Source: an uncultured Candidatus Poseidoniales archaeon (lineage in GTDB: Archaea > Thermoplasmatota > Poseidoniia > Poseidoniales > Thalassarchaeaceae). From it: 64,000 nucleotides of DNA. The stretch is from positions 16,149-80,148 of the forward strand of contig CAXGWC010000005.1 of assembly GCA_964013425.1 (NCBI GenBank). The letters run 5' to 3'. Positions within the stretch are counted from its first letter, which is position 1. Every line of letters begins with the position of its first letter. Made by a program: the position numbers and the translations under genes. The notes under the pieces were generated by a model. That model ran no database searches. It saw only the letters and a list, made by a program, of their open reading frames with translations, and had not been told where the DNA came from. Below, piece by piece: positions 27,108-36,300 of the stretch.

Positions 27108-28841
27108 TTAGTTTCCATATGGCGAATCTATGTCTAATTGGACGATATACAACCCACTTGTGATACAAGAGAGATATGTGTAGCCATCATGATACTCTGC
27201 TGCCCACAGGAAGGGAGTCCAACCGAAATCATAGAATGAGCTATCCAGAGGGGCACCGTCCGCCCCATGAGGGAGATGGTAGCCAATGGTTGAGGAAGCG
27301 TGTGCTCCTGTCTTATTGGTATTCTGTAAACCTTCATACATCAGAGTCTCTATGTCTATTACCCATAGTCCAGCGTGATAGCTACTGAGGTAAATTCTGC
27401 CATCCCAAGCACCTCCGAAACTATTGTCGGGAAGTCCCGGAAGTCCGGTTTGGAAAATCTGAGTGTCCGCATTATGGGGGCTGAAAAGAAGCCACTCTTC
27501 GCCTTCGGGAATGTGGTGATCCATCGCGAATGGTATCTCCCACCCATGGATTAACTCAGGGAGGAATCTAAAATTCCCATTGTTGATTTCGTAGGCAGTA
27601 GTATCCAGAAGGTAGCTCATACCTGTTCCCACTGTTGTACTGAGCACCTCGGTTGCCACAATTGTAAGGTGACGCTTTCCTATCGGGTATCCCAAATGGC
27701 TAGCATCTACCATATCGTCTATCGGCTCGGCATAGTGGATATACGACGCCCTGCCTCCATTTTCATTACTAGTGCAACCGCAGTCAATTTCCCCATCACC
27801 ATCAAAATCCTCGAATTCCATCCATTGGCCGACTTCGGGAGCTCTCCAATTACACCCAAGTTGAGTTCCGAATGAACCCCTGCATGCTGCTGCTATTGCC
27901 AGATACTCAGCTAGATCGTTTCCAGGGTGAGGGACGTCAGAAACATCGAATATTCTCAATCCTGCTTCCCAGTATGCACCATAAACGAAAGTCCTATCGA
28001 AACGAGGATCACTTGAGTCCTCACCTGGCCAAGTCTGGACTGTCATGTCATGAATGTATATCCATCCACCTAGAGTAGACTCCCAGCTCACTTCGGCTTC
28101 TCCTACCTTGACTATTCGTGGCAGATCGCCATAACCAGCGAAATTTAGATGCGCGATTGTAATTCCACCGCATGCGTCTCCTTGGCCGACGTCACATTGC
28201 TCGTAGTCTGGATTGGCTACGAAGATGTACCATTCGTTGTCAATCATGTGTGTGTACAGGTTGTGAGGCCCGCTGGGATGATCGGCATCATACCATGAAT
28301 CGACCCAACTCGGATTACTCTTGTCAGTTACATCAACTAGTGTTACAGTGACTTGCGCGGGATCCTCCCACGACCCGACATTTGGATCAGCAGCTCCCGG
28401 ATCAACCAACTGATTCTGCACTATCACATATTCTCTGGCATTGTACTCCAAGTACTTCACATCCAAGACCTGCGTATTGGGATCGTAGTACACACCTGTT
28501 ACCGTCGTATTCTCCGGGTTAGTGACATCTACGATATGCATCTCTGACCATCCTGCAATGTACGCGTACTTTTTGCCATCCGGAGAATCCGCAACTTGAA
28601 TCTCCGCATTGCCAGGGGCAGTCAGAGGGTTGTAGCTTACGGGCCTTATGTTATCTGTGAACATCACATGCTGGCTGGCATTTCTGTGATCATGATCCTC
28701 AGTTTGGATCAAGGGATCGACCAACAATGTACTTGGAGATTTATTTGTCGTTTCACTTTCTGAGAGCGTCACAGTAGCGAAAATTGCAACTATCAAGCAG
28801 ACCGCCAGTCCAATCGCGGCCACTACCCTATCAGTACTCAC
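27108..28841 (-). CDS. His-rich LVIVD-repeat-type beta-propeller, N-terminal TM (paralogue B)
   Basis: MHIVDVTNP, LVDVTDKSNP, LRIFDVSD, LWVID, GLYIV; His motifs HDH, PHN, IHD, IHY, PHN, SYHAG. Start probably GTG at 28841. Confidence 0.75.
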   Translation of the reverse strand: MSTDRVVAAIGLAVCLIVAIFATVTLSESETTNKSPSTLLVDPLIQTEDHDHRNASQHVMFTDNIRPVSYNPLTAPGNAEIQVADSPDGKKYAYIAGWSEMHIVDVTNPENTTVTGVYYDPNTQVLDVKYLEYNAREYVIVQNQLVDPGAADPNVGSWEDPAQVTVTLVDVTDKSNPSWVDSWYDADHPSGPHNLYTHMIDNEWYIFVANPDYEQCDVGQGDACGGITIAHLNFAGYGDLPRIVKVGEAEVSWESTLGGWIYIHDMTVQTWPGEDSSDPRFDRTFVYGAYWEAGLRIFDVSDVPHPGNDLAEYLAIAAACRGSFGTQLGCNWRAPEVGQWMEFEDFDGDGEIDCGCTSNENGGRASYIHYAEPIDDMVDASHLGYPIGKRHLTIVATEVLSTTVGTGMSYLLDTTAYEINNGNFRFLPELIHGWEIPFAMDHHIPEGEEWLLFSPHNADTQIFQTGLPGLPDNSFGGAWDGRIYLSSYHAGLWVIDIETLMYEGLQNTNKTGAHASSTIGYHLPHGADGAPLDSSFYDFGWTPFLWAAEYHDGYTYLSCITSGLYIVQLDIDSPYGN

Positions 28842-28894
28842 ATTAACCGGAGGGCATAGGTCATGTTGAAGCCATCGCCCCTTCACGCAGGGTC

Positions 28895-29491
28895 ATGAAC
28901 GCAAACGCGGGGTATGCCATGATGCTGGTTTCACTGTTGTTGGTGTCACCGGTATCGGCACACGAGCCCAAGGAATACACAATCCTGCTCAAGGAGGATG
29001 GCATTACTCCGAATGGCGTCTCTCCCGGAATTCTTGTCACTTCTGACTCGCTGTTCTTTTACAATGTGGATGGAAGGGAAAATGCGACTCACAGGATTCT
29101 CGTGGATGTGGAGGGGGACGGTGCATTCGATGGAGTTGACGATATCTCCACTCCTTGGCTGAGCAACGCTTGCGAGCGAAATGAAACCGGCCAAAAATTA
29201 GACCCATCATGCGAGGTTACATACCTGCTCTTATTGGATCCTTCAAACGGACTATTGCCCTCCAATGTTTCAATGATGCATCAGATTGATTTCAACGAAA
29301 CAACGGAGGAGCGAAGTTTTGTTGTTTCATTTTCGGAGGACAGTCATTCCTCAGACCAAGTGCTGCCTATCGGGGGCGTTGAGGAGGTACAGAGTCAACC
29401 AACTGATCAAACGCCCTTGAGATTCGCTCTAATTGCATCTATTGCGGGGATTTTAGTCCTCCTTCCGATGCTCTTCCCTGGTAAGCCGTAA
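28895..29491 (+). CDS. Secreted beta-sandwich protein with predicted mature N-terminal His and C-terminal TM (paralogue B)
   Basis: Signal ending VSA|H; DSLFFYNV; two Cys; LDPSN; EDSH; C-terminal TM; clear paralogue of 24549-25088. Confidence 0.65.
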   Translation: MNANAGYAMMLVSLLLVSPVSAHEPKEYTILLKEDGITPNGVSPGILVTSDSLFFYNVDGRENATHRILVDVEGDGAFDGVDDISTPWLSNACERNETGQKLDPSCEVTYLLLLDPSNGLLPSNVSMMHQIDFNETTEERSFVVSFSEDSHSSDQVLPIGGVEEVQSQPTDQTPLRFALIASIAGILVLLPMLFPGKP

Positions 29492-29544
29492 ATCTGAATT
29501 TCAACGGTTGCCCTCAATAACCCCTAGCCCTCCCGCCAGCTTAG

Positions 29545-29621
29545 GGGCGCTTAGCTCAGCTTGGAAGAGCGCCTGGTTTGCAACCAGGCGGCCGGGGGTT
29601 CAAATCCCCCAGCGTCCACCA
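29545..29621 (+). tRNA. tRNA-Ala(TGC)
   Basis: Acceptor GGGCGCT/AGCGTCC with G3:U70, anticodon arm CCTGG-TTTGCAA-CCAGG, ends ACCA. Confidence 0.96.
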
Positions 29622-30625
29622 TTAACAGCCATCAAATCCTGTGTTACAATTATTCCATCTGATTGAAAAGAATTCTCGAGATCGATGGCAGAAATAATTG
29701 AGTTTGCAATTCTCTTAATCACGGGCACTACTACTGAGTTTCCAGCTTGTTTGTACAAATGGGAGTTCGCAACATTCTCAGGGAGTACGAATGAACTGTC
29801 GAATCCCTGAATCATAAAGCACTCTTTCGGCGTCAACTTCCTGAAGCCATGTCGTGTTTTTATCAACGGGACGTTGTGGCCACCTGTTCCCATGTTAGCT
29901 GTCAATGTAGGGCATAGCCTGCTCTTGTTCTCGCGAACATACTTCCTCCTCCACTGATAGACGGTTTCTCGTGAGGTCATGCCCCTCTTGAGCTCATCGT
30001 ACATGTAAGCATCCTCTCCATAGTAGTACTTGTCATCGACCTTGCTCTCGAATTCGAAGATATCTCCGATGTCGGTCTCCAAAGGAATCTCGTCTGGAAA
30101 ACTGAAACAATCCGACACTCCATCATCTAGGAAACCGACAACGTAGATCCTCTCCCTGTTTTGAGGAATATCTCCGTAATCACACGCATTCATGACCTTG
30201 TGGTGTATTTTGTACCCCATGCCCTCCATCGAGCTGCGGATTATCCTGAATGTCCTCCCGTTGTCATGACCGACCAGATTTTTCACATTCTCCAGGAATA
30301 CGATGGATGGGCGCTTGTCTTTCATGATTCTCTCTAACTCGAAATACAAGTTCCCCCTTCCCTTCTCATCATCGAATCCCTGCCTGTATCCTGCAACTGA
30401 AAACGCCTGACAAGGGAAGCCAGCCAACATGACATCAAAATCAGGGATTTCAGTGCTCGGAACATCCCTAATATCTCTTGTATCGAGCTCAACTTCATGA
30501 TTCTGCTTGTAGGTAATGGACGCCTTTTCGCAGAATTCATTCGCATAAACTACGTCAAATCCCGCTTGTTCGAATCCGAAATCAATTCCTCCGACTCCTG
30601 CAAAAAAAGAGGCACAAGCTAACAT
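29600..30625 (-). CDS. DNA (cytosine-5)-methyltransferase, orphan
   Basis: FAGVGG, GFPCQAFS, ENVKNL, PQNRERIY, RKLTPKEC, YKQAGNSV. Confidence 0.96.
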   Translation of the reverse strand: MLACASFFAGVGGIDFGFEQAGFDVVYANEFCEKASITYKQNHEVELDTRDIRDVPSTEIPDFDVMLAGFPCQAFSVAGYRQGFDDEKGRGNLYFELERIMKDKRPSIVFLENVKNLVGHDNGRTFRIIRSSMEGMGYKIHHKVMNACDYGDIPQNRERIYVVGFLDDGVSDCFSFPDEIPLETDIGDIFEFESKVDDKYYYGEDAYMYDELKRGMTSRETVYQWRRKYVRENKSRLCPTLTANMGTGGHNVPLIKTRHGFRKLTPKECFMIQGFDSSFVLPENVANSHLYKQAGNSVVVPVIKRIANSIISAIDLENSFQSDGIIVTQDLMAVNGGRWGI

Positions 30626-30705
30626 TGTCTATCCTACAAATTTATCCGTCGTTCTTAGTGTTTATGCGTGGTATATTTTGTGTCACTATCAAACTTCTAA
30701 ACTTG

Positions 30706-32628
30706 CTAGATTGAGGTCTGATTCAACCACTCTTCACAAACCACGTGAGTGCAAGCTGGTGGGTCGAAGAGAAGCTTGGAATCACTGTCTATTATGTCCA
30801 AAATTAGGTTAGACCCGGGTCCCTCCTGGACTGTTACAACGGAGCTGGTTGAAGCGGGAAGGTAGTCTTCCCCCGTACTGGCGAGAGATAGCCTGATGGT
30901 ATGTCCAGCCTCTATCTGAACATCCATGGCGAAGAACTCCATCTTGGCATTGATTGTCTCTAGAATGGGTATCCAAGTCTGCTCATCAGATCCGCCCTCA
31001 TGGTATCTCAGGTCCATAATGGCGTGCCCGATGTGAATACAATCTCCCATCTCAGAGCAATCTTCCAGAAGGGCGTATATTTGACCTCCCAAGGTAGATG
31101 TTGATACATCGATATGTAGTCTGGGAAGGCCGGAGATCCATATGTCCTCAACAAGCGGGGAACTCTCATAAACAGGCCCAAAATTACCGTTAGGCAGAAT
31201 ATTGGTAGTTCCTCCTGCAATGTTAGATAGAGCACCTCCAAGGTCAAGAGACATTTCCTCCATTCCGTCCGGAGGGTACCGGTCCTCTATTCTCCACTGA
31301 CCTTGGTTTGACTGGATTTCTACGAATAATCCAGGTTGTTCACCTATGCCCTTTAGGTACCAGTCAAACCATTCTAGGAGGTCTTGCATCCAGTCAAAAC
31401 GAACCATCTCAGGGTATGCCTCTCTACCCCTGCCATCCCCGGAGCGATCAAAGTGATAGTCGGGCCTGTCGGGGTAATCGTGGTCCCATTGCCCAAATAG
31501 GCCCTTGGACTCTATGCCGACATCCTTCAGTTGATTGATAACTGGTATCGCCATGTGTGGGTCAACGTTCCAGTCATGCATTCCCTGAATCAGGTATACT
31601 GATCCCCGATAGTTCTGAAGCACTCTATCGAGGAAGTACCTCTCCTCCCAGTAGGTACCAGCAAACTCGCTTCCCCAAATGTAAGCCGAGATCCCAGTAC
31701 CAGGTCCGATTATGTAGTCCGGACACATATTTCCTAAGTCCCCATCATCGCCATCGATACCATAGGAGCCGTAGACGCCATTATGCATAATCGCAGCTCT
31801 AGCTTCGCTACTTCCATTTTTCCACATCAGCTCCATCACCCCTATTAGGCCAGAAATGGGGACTATTGTCGCTAGATGCTCATTTCCAAATGTCGCCGCC
31901 TGCCAAGGTGTGGAGCCATCGTATGACTTTCCTATCATCGCGACTTTGCCATTACTCCAATCTTGTGTCCCCAGCCATGTCACAGCCGCATCCACGCCCA
32001 GTTGCTCAGCATTTCCCATTAGGTCCATGCAGTGATTAGAACGACCGGTGCCCATAACCGAGACCTGTGCGAATCCGTAGCCATGAGGTAGGAGTTGGTC
32101 AATTATCATCTGACCTAACCACGTTCCGGGGACTTCAATTGACGGGGTCTCGACACTTACTTCGTCGAAGTAGGGCCCGAATTCCGCTATGATTGGAACT
32201 GAAACTCCTTCAGGGACATCTGGTAGCCAAACTGCCAAGCTCACCAACCCATTGGGTGCTGACCCGCCTTCACTAAGGGGCAGTTGAAACTCCACAAAAT
32301 GATGTGTTGAGTTCCACTCATTTTCAGTCTCCAGTATGTCATACTGTCCGAATTCCATCACATAACCATTTGAGTAGCTGGTTAGGTAGGGCCATTCTGA
32401 CCTTTCCCATACAGGAACTCTCTCATAAATGCCCAATTCCTTTTTGATATCATCAACCACATCCTCAATGATCCACCCTTGCAAGGAGACCATGACCATT
32501 AGCGCAACCAATCCAGATGCCGATAGCCATATTTTCCATTTCGAGGGAGCTACCGACTTGATGCCGGTTTCCACAATCGGGACGTAGGGGGTGTTGCCCT
32601 CGTCATCAATTAGGACTCCATCTATCAT
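30706..32628 (-). CDS. Membrane-anchored CocE/NonD / Xaa-Pro dipeptidyl-peptidase (S15) family hydrolase
   Basis: GTGRS, WSNGKVAMIGKSYDG, DWNV, His; C-terminal jelly-roll; N-terminal TM. Confidence 0.88.
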   Translation of the reverse strand: MIDGVLIDDEGNTPYVPIVETGIKSVAPSKWKIWLSASGLVALMVMVSLQGWIIEDVVDDIKKELGIYERVPVWERSEWPYLTSYSNGYVMEFGQYDILETENEWNSTHHFVEFQLPLSEGGSAPNGLVSLAVWLPDVPEGVSVPIIAEFGPYFDEVSVETPSIEVPGTWLGQMIIDQLLPHGYGFAQVSVMGTGRSNHCMDLMGNAEQLGVDAAVTWLGTQDWSNGKVAMIGKSYDGSTPWQAATFGNEHLATIVPISGLIGVMELMWKNGSSEARAAIMHNGVYGSYGIDGDDGDLGNMCPDYIIGPGTGISAYIWGSEFAGTYWEERYFLDRVLQNYRGSVYLIQGMHDWNVDPHMAIPVINQLKDVGIESKGLFGQWDHDYPDRPDYHFDRSGDGRGREAYPEMVRFDWMQDLLEWFDWYLKGIGEQPGLFVEIQSNQGQWRIEDRYPPDGMEEMSLDLGGALSNIAGGTTNILPNGNFGPVYESSPLVEDIWISGLPRLHIDVSTSTLGGQIYALLEDCSEMGDCIHIGHAIMDLRYHEGGSDEQTWIPILETINAKMEFFAMDVQIEAGHTIRLSLASTGEDYLPASTSSVVTVQEGPGSNLILDIIDSDSKLLFDPPACTHVVCEEWLNQTSI

Positions 32629-32692
32629 GCCAACACCCCTCCCAATTTGTGAACACTATTCAGGATTACTAGTTCAGGACAGATTTGTGAGA

Positions 32693-33049
32693 TCAGATTA
32701 GGACCTGAACAAAACCATCTTCCAAGCGTGTCTCGAAGATTCCGAGATCCTTCTTGGAAACCATGGATCCTACAAGCCTCCCATAAGGTGGAAACAGAGG
32801 AAATGGCGCCCATTCGACCAGACTCCCGTCTGATATGCAGTGAGTGGTTTGGTGAAGAGGGCATGTTACACATCCATCCTTGATTTTGCCTCCCCATGAC
32901 AAGGGCCATTTCATGTGTTTACAGAGTCCCTCTGTGGCATGGAAATTACCTTCCATATTCACAATCATGAGTATTTTTGACCCGATAGTGACCATCTTGC
33001 TCTTTCCTTCTCCGAGCTTATCGGCTCTTATTGCGTTCTGCCAGTTCAT
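32693..33049 (-). CDS. Rieske [2Fe-2S] ferredoxin
   Basis: CKH...CPLH; start moved to ATG 33049, 1 nt after the SDR stop. Confidence 0.9.
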   Translation of the reverse strand: MNWQNAIRADKLGEGKSKMVTIGSKILMIVNMEGNFHATEGLCKHMKWPLSWGGKIKDGCVTCPLHQTTHCISDGSLVEWAPFPLFPPYGRLVGSMVSKKDLGIFETRLEDGFVQVLI

Positions 33050-33050
33050 T

Positions 33051-33779
33051 CTATCCCCTAACTTGAGACATCCCGCCATCTAGGTGCAAAACTTGTCCAG
33101 TGATATTATCCGGGGCATTAGTCAATAACCACATGATAGCATCGGATACCTCTTCGGGCAGATTTATCCTGTTCAATGGTATCTTACTCACTGCAGCTTC
33201 CTTGGAGGTTTCAGATTTTGTTATAGGTTGTGCCAACCTTGTGTCTGTTAGGCCCGGGGCTACTACATTGACCCGTATCCCTCTCTTGCTGTACGTTGCA
33301 GCAGCAGATCTGGCCATCGACTCAATCCCTCCCTTCGCAGCTGAGATAGCCTCATGATTGACTAGTCCGACACTGGCCGCAACGCTCGAGGTGAACACTA
33401 TTCTGCCACCACCGTTGCGTAACATGTACTTGCATGCCTTTGAGAGAACTACGAATGCAGACGTTAGGTTGGTATTGATTACCTCATTGAATGCCTCAGC
33501 GCTTAGTGCATGAGGGGGTCTGATTAGTAGTGAACCGACCAAGTGTGCGACACCGTCAATTTTCCCGTCTCCTTCGCTAGAAAAGCTAGTTACTACTTCT
33601 GAAACGAATACCTCGTCTGTAGCGTCTCCGATGAAAACCTTGGCACCCAGATCCTCTATCTGACTCATCCTTGAAGAATCTCTCCCAATCACTGTCACAG
33701 AGTTTCCGTCATCTATTAGTCTCTTACAGAGAATCAGGCCAATATCGCTACTCCCGCCTACTACAAGATATGAACCCAC
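33051..33779 (-). CDS. Short-chain dehydrogenase/reductase (atypical active site)
   Basis: GGSSDIG, NLTS, SS, HEAISAAK in place of YxxxK, IRVNVVAPG, TGQVLHLDGG; GTG start after GAGGTG RBS. Confidence 0.88.
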   Translation of the reverse strand: MGSYLVVGGSSDIGLILCKRLIDDGNSVTVIGRDSSRMSQIEDLGAKVFIGDATDEVFVSEVVTSFSSEGDGKIDGVAHLVGSLLIRPPHALSAEAFNEVINTNLTSAFVVLSKACKYMLRNGGGRIVFTSSVAASVGLVNHEAISAAKGGIESMARSAAATYSKRGIRVNVVAPGLTDTRLAQPITKSETSKEAAVSKIPLNRINLPEEVSDAIMWLLTNAPDNITGQVLHLDGGMSQVRG

Positions 33780-33932
33780 AAAATCCACCTCTGAGAAAAT
33801 CACGCTTCTGCAGGGATTATTGGGAAGTCCCAAGACTCAAGCTGCCTTTCCAGTTTTTCCCACAGATTGTCAGCACCCATTGTTACACTCATGAAGCCAC
33901 ATTCATCGGTGAGCATATATAGAATCGTTTTT

Positions 33933-34970
33933 TCACTGAAACGATTTTTCAGAGAGTTTCTGGTTCAATATTTTCAGGAGGCCTCTGAGAGTTACTTCAC
34001 TGATTCCTGAGACCTTGCACACCTCGCTCTGAGTCCTCGGAGAGTCACTATCTTGAGATGCTCTGTAAATTATTACGCCTGCAATACCAGATGGTTTCTT
34101 ACCTTGCCATGAGAGATCATCTTTGACAGCATCCCACATTTTTCTTACTCTTCCAAGTGTCTCAGGCTTCATCCCAAGATCAGAATGAAACCTCTCGAAG
34201 TATTCTTCGGGGCCAGTGATGTGATGGGCTCCTAAGAATCTGGAAACTAGCCTAATTGTCCTCTTCAACTCCTTGAGGTCAACATCCTTTACCATATCGA
34301 AAGCTTCTGCGATATCTTCAATTCTTCTGGGAATCCTAGCCTCTCTGGCGGCCACGTAAACGCATGCCGCAGAGACTCCTCTAATGCTCCTTCCAGTGAC
34401 GAGACCTCTGTCCACTGAGTGCCTGTATAGTCCAGCTGCTTCCTGCTCAATCTGAGGAGGCAGATCTCCCCGGTCTCTGATGAACTGCATCGCCTTAGCT
34501 AGGTTTCTACTTCTGCTATCCCTAGTCTTACTTCGTTGGTCGATACGTTGTCTTCTACGCCAGTCCCTCAGTGCCTTACCTGACATCCCGTGCCTCTTCG
34601 CCCCCCCAGATGTCAAATCCGACCTCCTTATTTCTGTAGACAGTCCTTTGTCTGAGAGGGTCAGCGTAGTAGGGGCGCCCACTCTGCTCCTGTCATCGCC
34701 TCCTGAATGATTTGTCCATTCTGCCCCTAAATCCATCATATTCTCCTCTGCGACATAACCGCATTCTGAACAAGAGGTCTCACCACGGACTTCATCAGTA
34801 TCCCAAGAGTTCGAGCCACAGACTGTACAGGGCCTGGATACTCCCTCAGTCTTCCTGCTGGTGGACGGTCGCATCGAGGGCACAATAGCACGCCTCCCGC
34901 CAGATCCTGAGGAACTGAGGGTCGCGGACTCCCCCCGACTCTCGGCCTTTTGGCTCATCTTATCAACCAT
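33933..34970 (-). CDS. tfb: Transcription initiation factor IIB
   Basis: Zn ribbon CTVC...CSECG, GAEW, SRVGAP, DKGLST, GRSI, GKKPSG, SEVTLR. Start uncertain (34970, 34958 or 35006). Confidence 0.93.
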   Translation of the reverse strand: MVDKMSQKAESRGESATLSSSGSGGRRAIVPSMRPSTSRKTEGVSRPCTVCGSNSWDTDEVRGETSCSECGYVAEENMMDLGAEWTNHSGGDDRSRVGAPTTLTLSDKGLSTEIRRSDLTSGGAKRHGMSGKALRDWRRRQRIDQRSKTRDSRSRNLAKAMQFIRDRGDLPPQIEQEAAGLYRHSVDRGLVTGRSIRGVSAACVYVAAREARIPRRIEDIAEAFDMVKDVDLKELKRTIRLVSRFLGAHHITGPEEYFERFHSDLGMKPETLGRVRKMWDAVKDDLSWQGKKPSGIAGVIIYRASQDSDSPRTQSEVCKVSGISEVTLRGLLKILNQKLSEKSFQ

Positions 34971-34993
34971 TAGTTGTATAGTGGATGCTTTGC

Positions 34994-35001
34994 TATTTAA
35001 A
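34994..35001 (-). promoter_or_regulatory. Archaeal TATA box (TTTAAATA) for tfb
   Basis: Consensus-like TATA about 25 nt upstream of ATG 34970, consistent with a leaderless transcript. Confidence 0.55.
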
Positions 35002-35094
35002 CCCATGCATCAAAAGATTAGCATTCTCTAGGTGTTTAGGCTAATATTTTCCCTGCTCCCTAAACTTATTCTTCCTACTCCCTCCCCTCTGGCC

Positions 35095-36243
35095 ATGGAA
35101 CACGCACCGGTTAGGACGGCTCTGTACGCTTCACATGTTGAATCAGGAGCGAATTTAGTTGATTTCCATGGTTTTGAGCTTCCGATATGGTATTCCTCTA
35201 TCAAGGAAGAGCACTTGGCTACTAGGTCGGCGGCCGGCATGTTTGACGTTTCTCACATGGGGCTATTCAGGTTCGTTGGCAAGGGGGTTTCAGAGTGGTT
35301 AACAGGCATAGGAACTCAGGATTTTACAAATTTTCAAACCGGCACATGCGGATATACTCATTTTCTAGACACAGATGGAAATATAATCGACGATATGATA
35401 TTTGCAATCAGAACGGATCAAGAAATCCTTGGAGTACCAAACGCGTCAATGGTTTCTGTGATGCTGGATTGGTTCACTGAATTGCTCCCAAGTGATGGAT
35501 CCATTAGGATATTCGATGACTCTGAGGAAACGAGTATTATTGCCATCCAAGGGCCTAAGTCAATGGAAATAGTTTCAAAAGTTTTGGGCGATTCAAATAA
35601 AGTTGGTAGGTTCAGGTGCCAAGATATCAGTCAAAACAAACTCTCCGTAAGGGGCTGGATTCAAGGAACGGGATATACAGGAGAGCCTGGTGTGGAGATT
35701 TTTGTCCCCAACGATCAGGTAAATCTTCTGTGGAGGCAATTCATTGAGGCTGGCTCTGATCTGGGCCTGGTTCCAGTCGGATTAGGTGCTAGAGACACTC
35801 TCAGACTCGAGAAAGGATATCTATTATCTGGTCAGGATTTCCATTGGCCGGGCCTCGGTGAGCTGGCAGATTCATATCTTCCTGAAGGATTCTTGTCCAG
35901 AGACTCTGCAGAAACCTCAGTTCCATTCGGCCTCAATATGGGCCATGAGTTCATCGGGAAAGAGAGAGTGCTCAAATCGCTTGAAAACTCAGATAAATGG
36001 ACGGCGATCAGATGTGTCTCAAGAGGGCCCTCCCCTCGGCCAGGGCATCCTGTGATGGACTCGCTCTCAGAAGATGCTCGCGTAATTGGGTACGTGACTA
36101 GTGGGGCCCCCTCTCCTAGTCTAGGCGGTGTCGGCATAGCGATGGCATATCTTTCTGGTACCGTGGACGGTCAGCAAGTTTGGATCAGAGTTAGCTCTAG
36201 AAGATCTATCGAGGCCGAAGTCGTTCAAGCTCCCTTTTTGTAG
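35095..36243 (+). CDS. gcvT: Glycine cleavage system T protein (aminomethyltransferase)
   Basis: RTALY..H, FDVSHMG, IDD, QGP, TGYTGE, GLGARDTLRLEKG, VTSG..SPSL. Confidence 0.95.
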   Translation: MEHAPVRTALYASHVESGANLVDFHGFELPIWYSSIKEEHLATRSAAGMFDVSHMGLFRFVGKGVSEWLTGIGTQDFTNFQTGTCGYTHFLDTDGNIIDDMIFAIRTDQEILGVPNASMVSVMLDWFTELLPSDGSIRIFDDSEETSIIAIQGPKSMEIVSKVLGDSNKVGRFRCQDISQNKLSVRGWIQGTGYTGEPGVEIFVPNDQVNLLWRQFIEAGSDLGLVPVGLGARDTLRLEKGYLLSGQDFHWPGLGELADSYLPEGFLSRDSAETSVPFGLNMGHEFIGKERVLKSLENSDKWTAIRCVSRGPSPRPGHPVMDSLSEDARVIGYVTSGAPSPSLGGVGIAMAYLSGTVDGQQVWIRVSSRRSIEAEVVQAPFL

Positions 36244-36300
36244 ATAGGCAGTGACAACACTCATTGCTGAATAGCCTCTGTCGATACTCGGGTCGATAGA

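Noticed and set aside
25085-28841. Calling the propellers nitrous-oxide reductase or methanethiol oxidase
   Set aside because: No CuA motif, no nos accessory genes or MauG, and no signature I can match; used only as an analogy.
29545-33800. Provirus or integrative element at tRNA-Ala
   Set aside because: No integrase, viral genes or second att copy seen; only the methyltransferase looks foreign.
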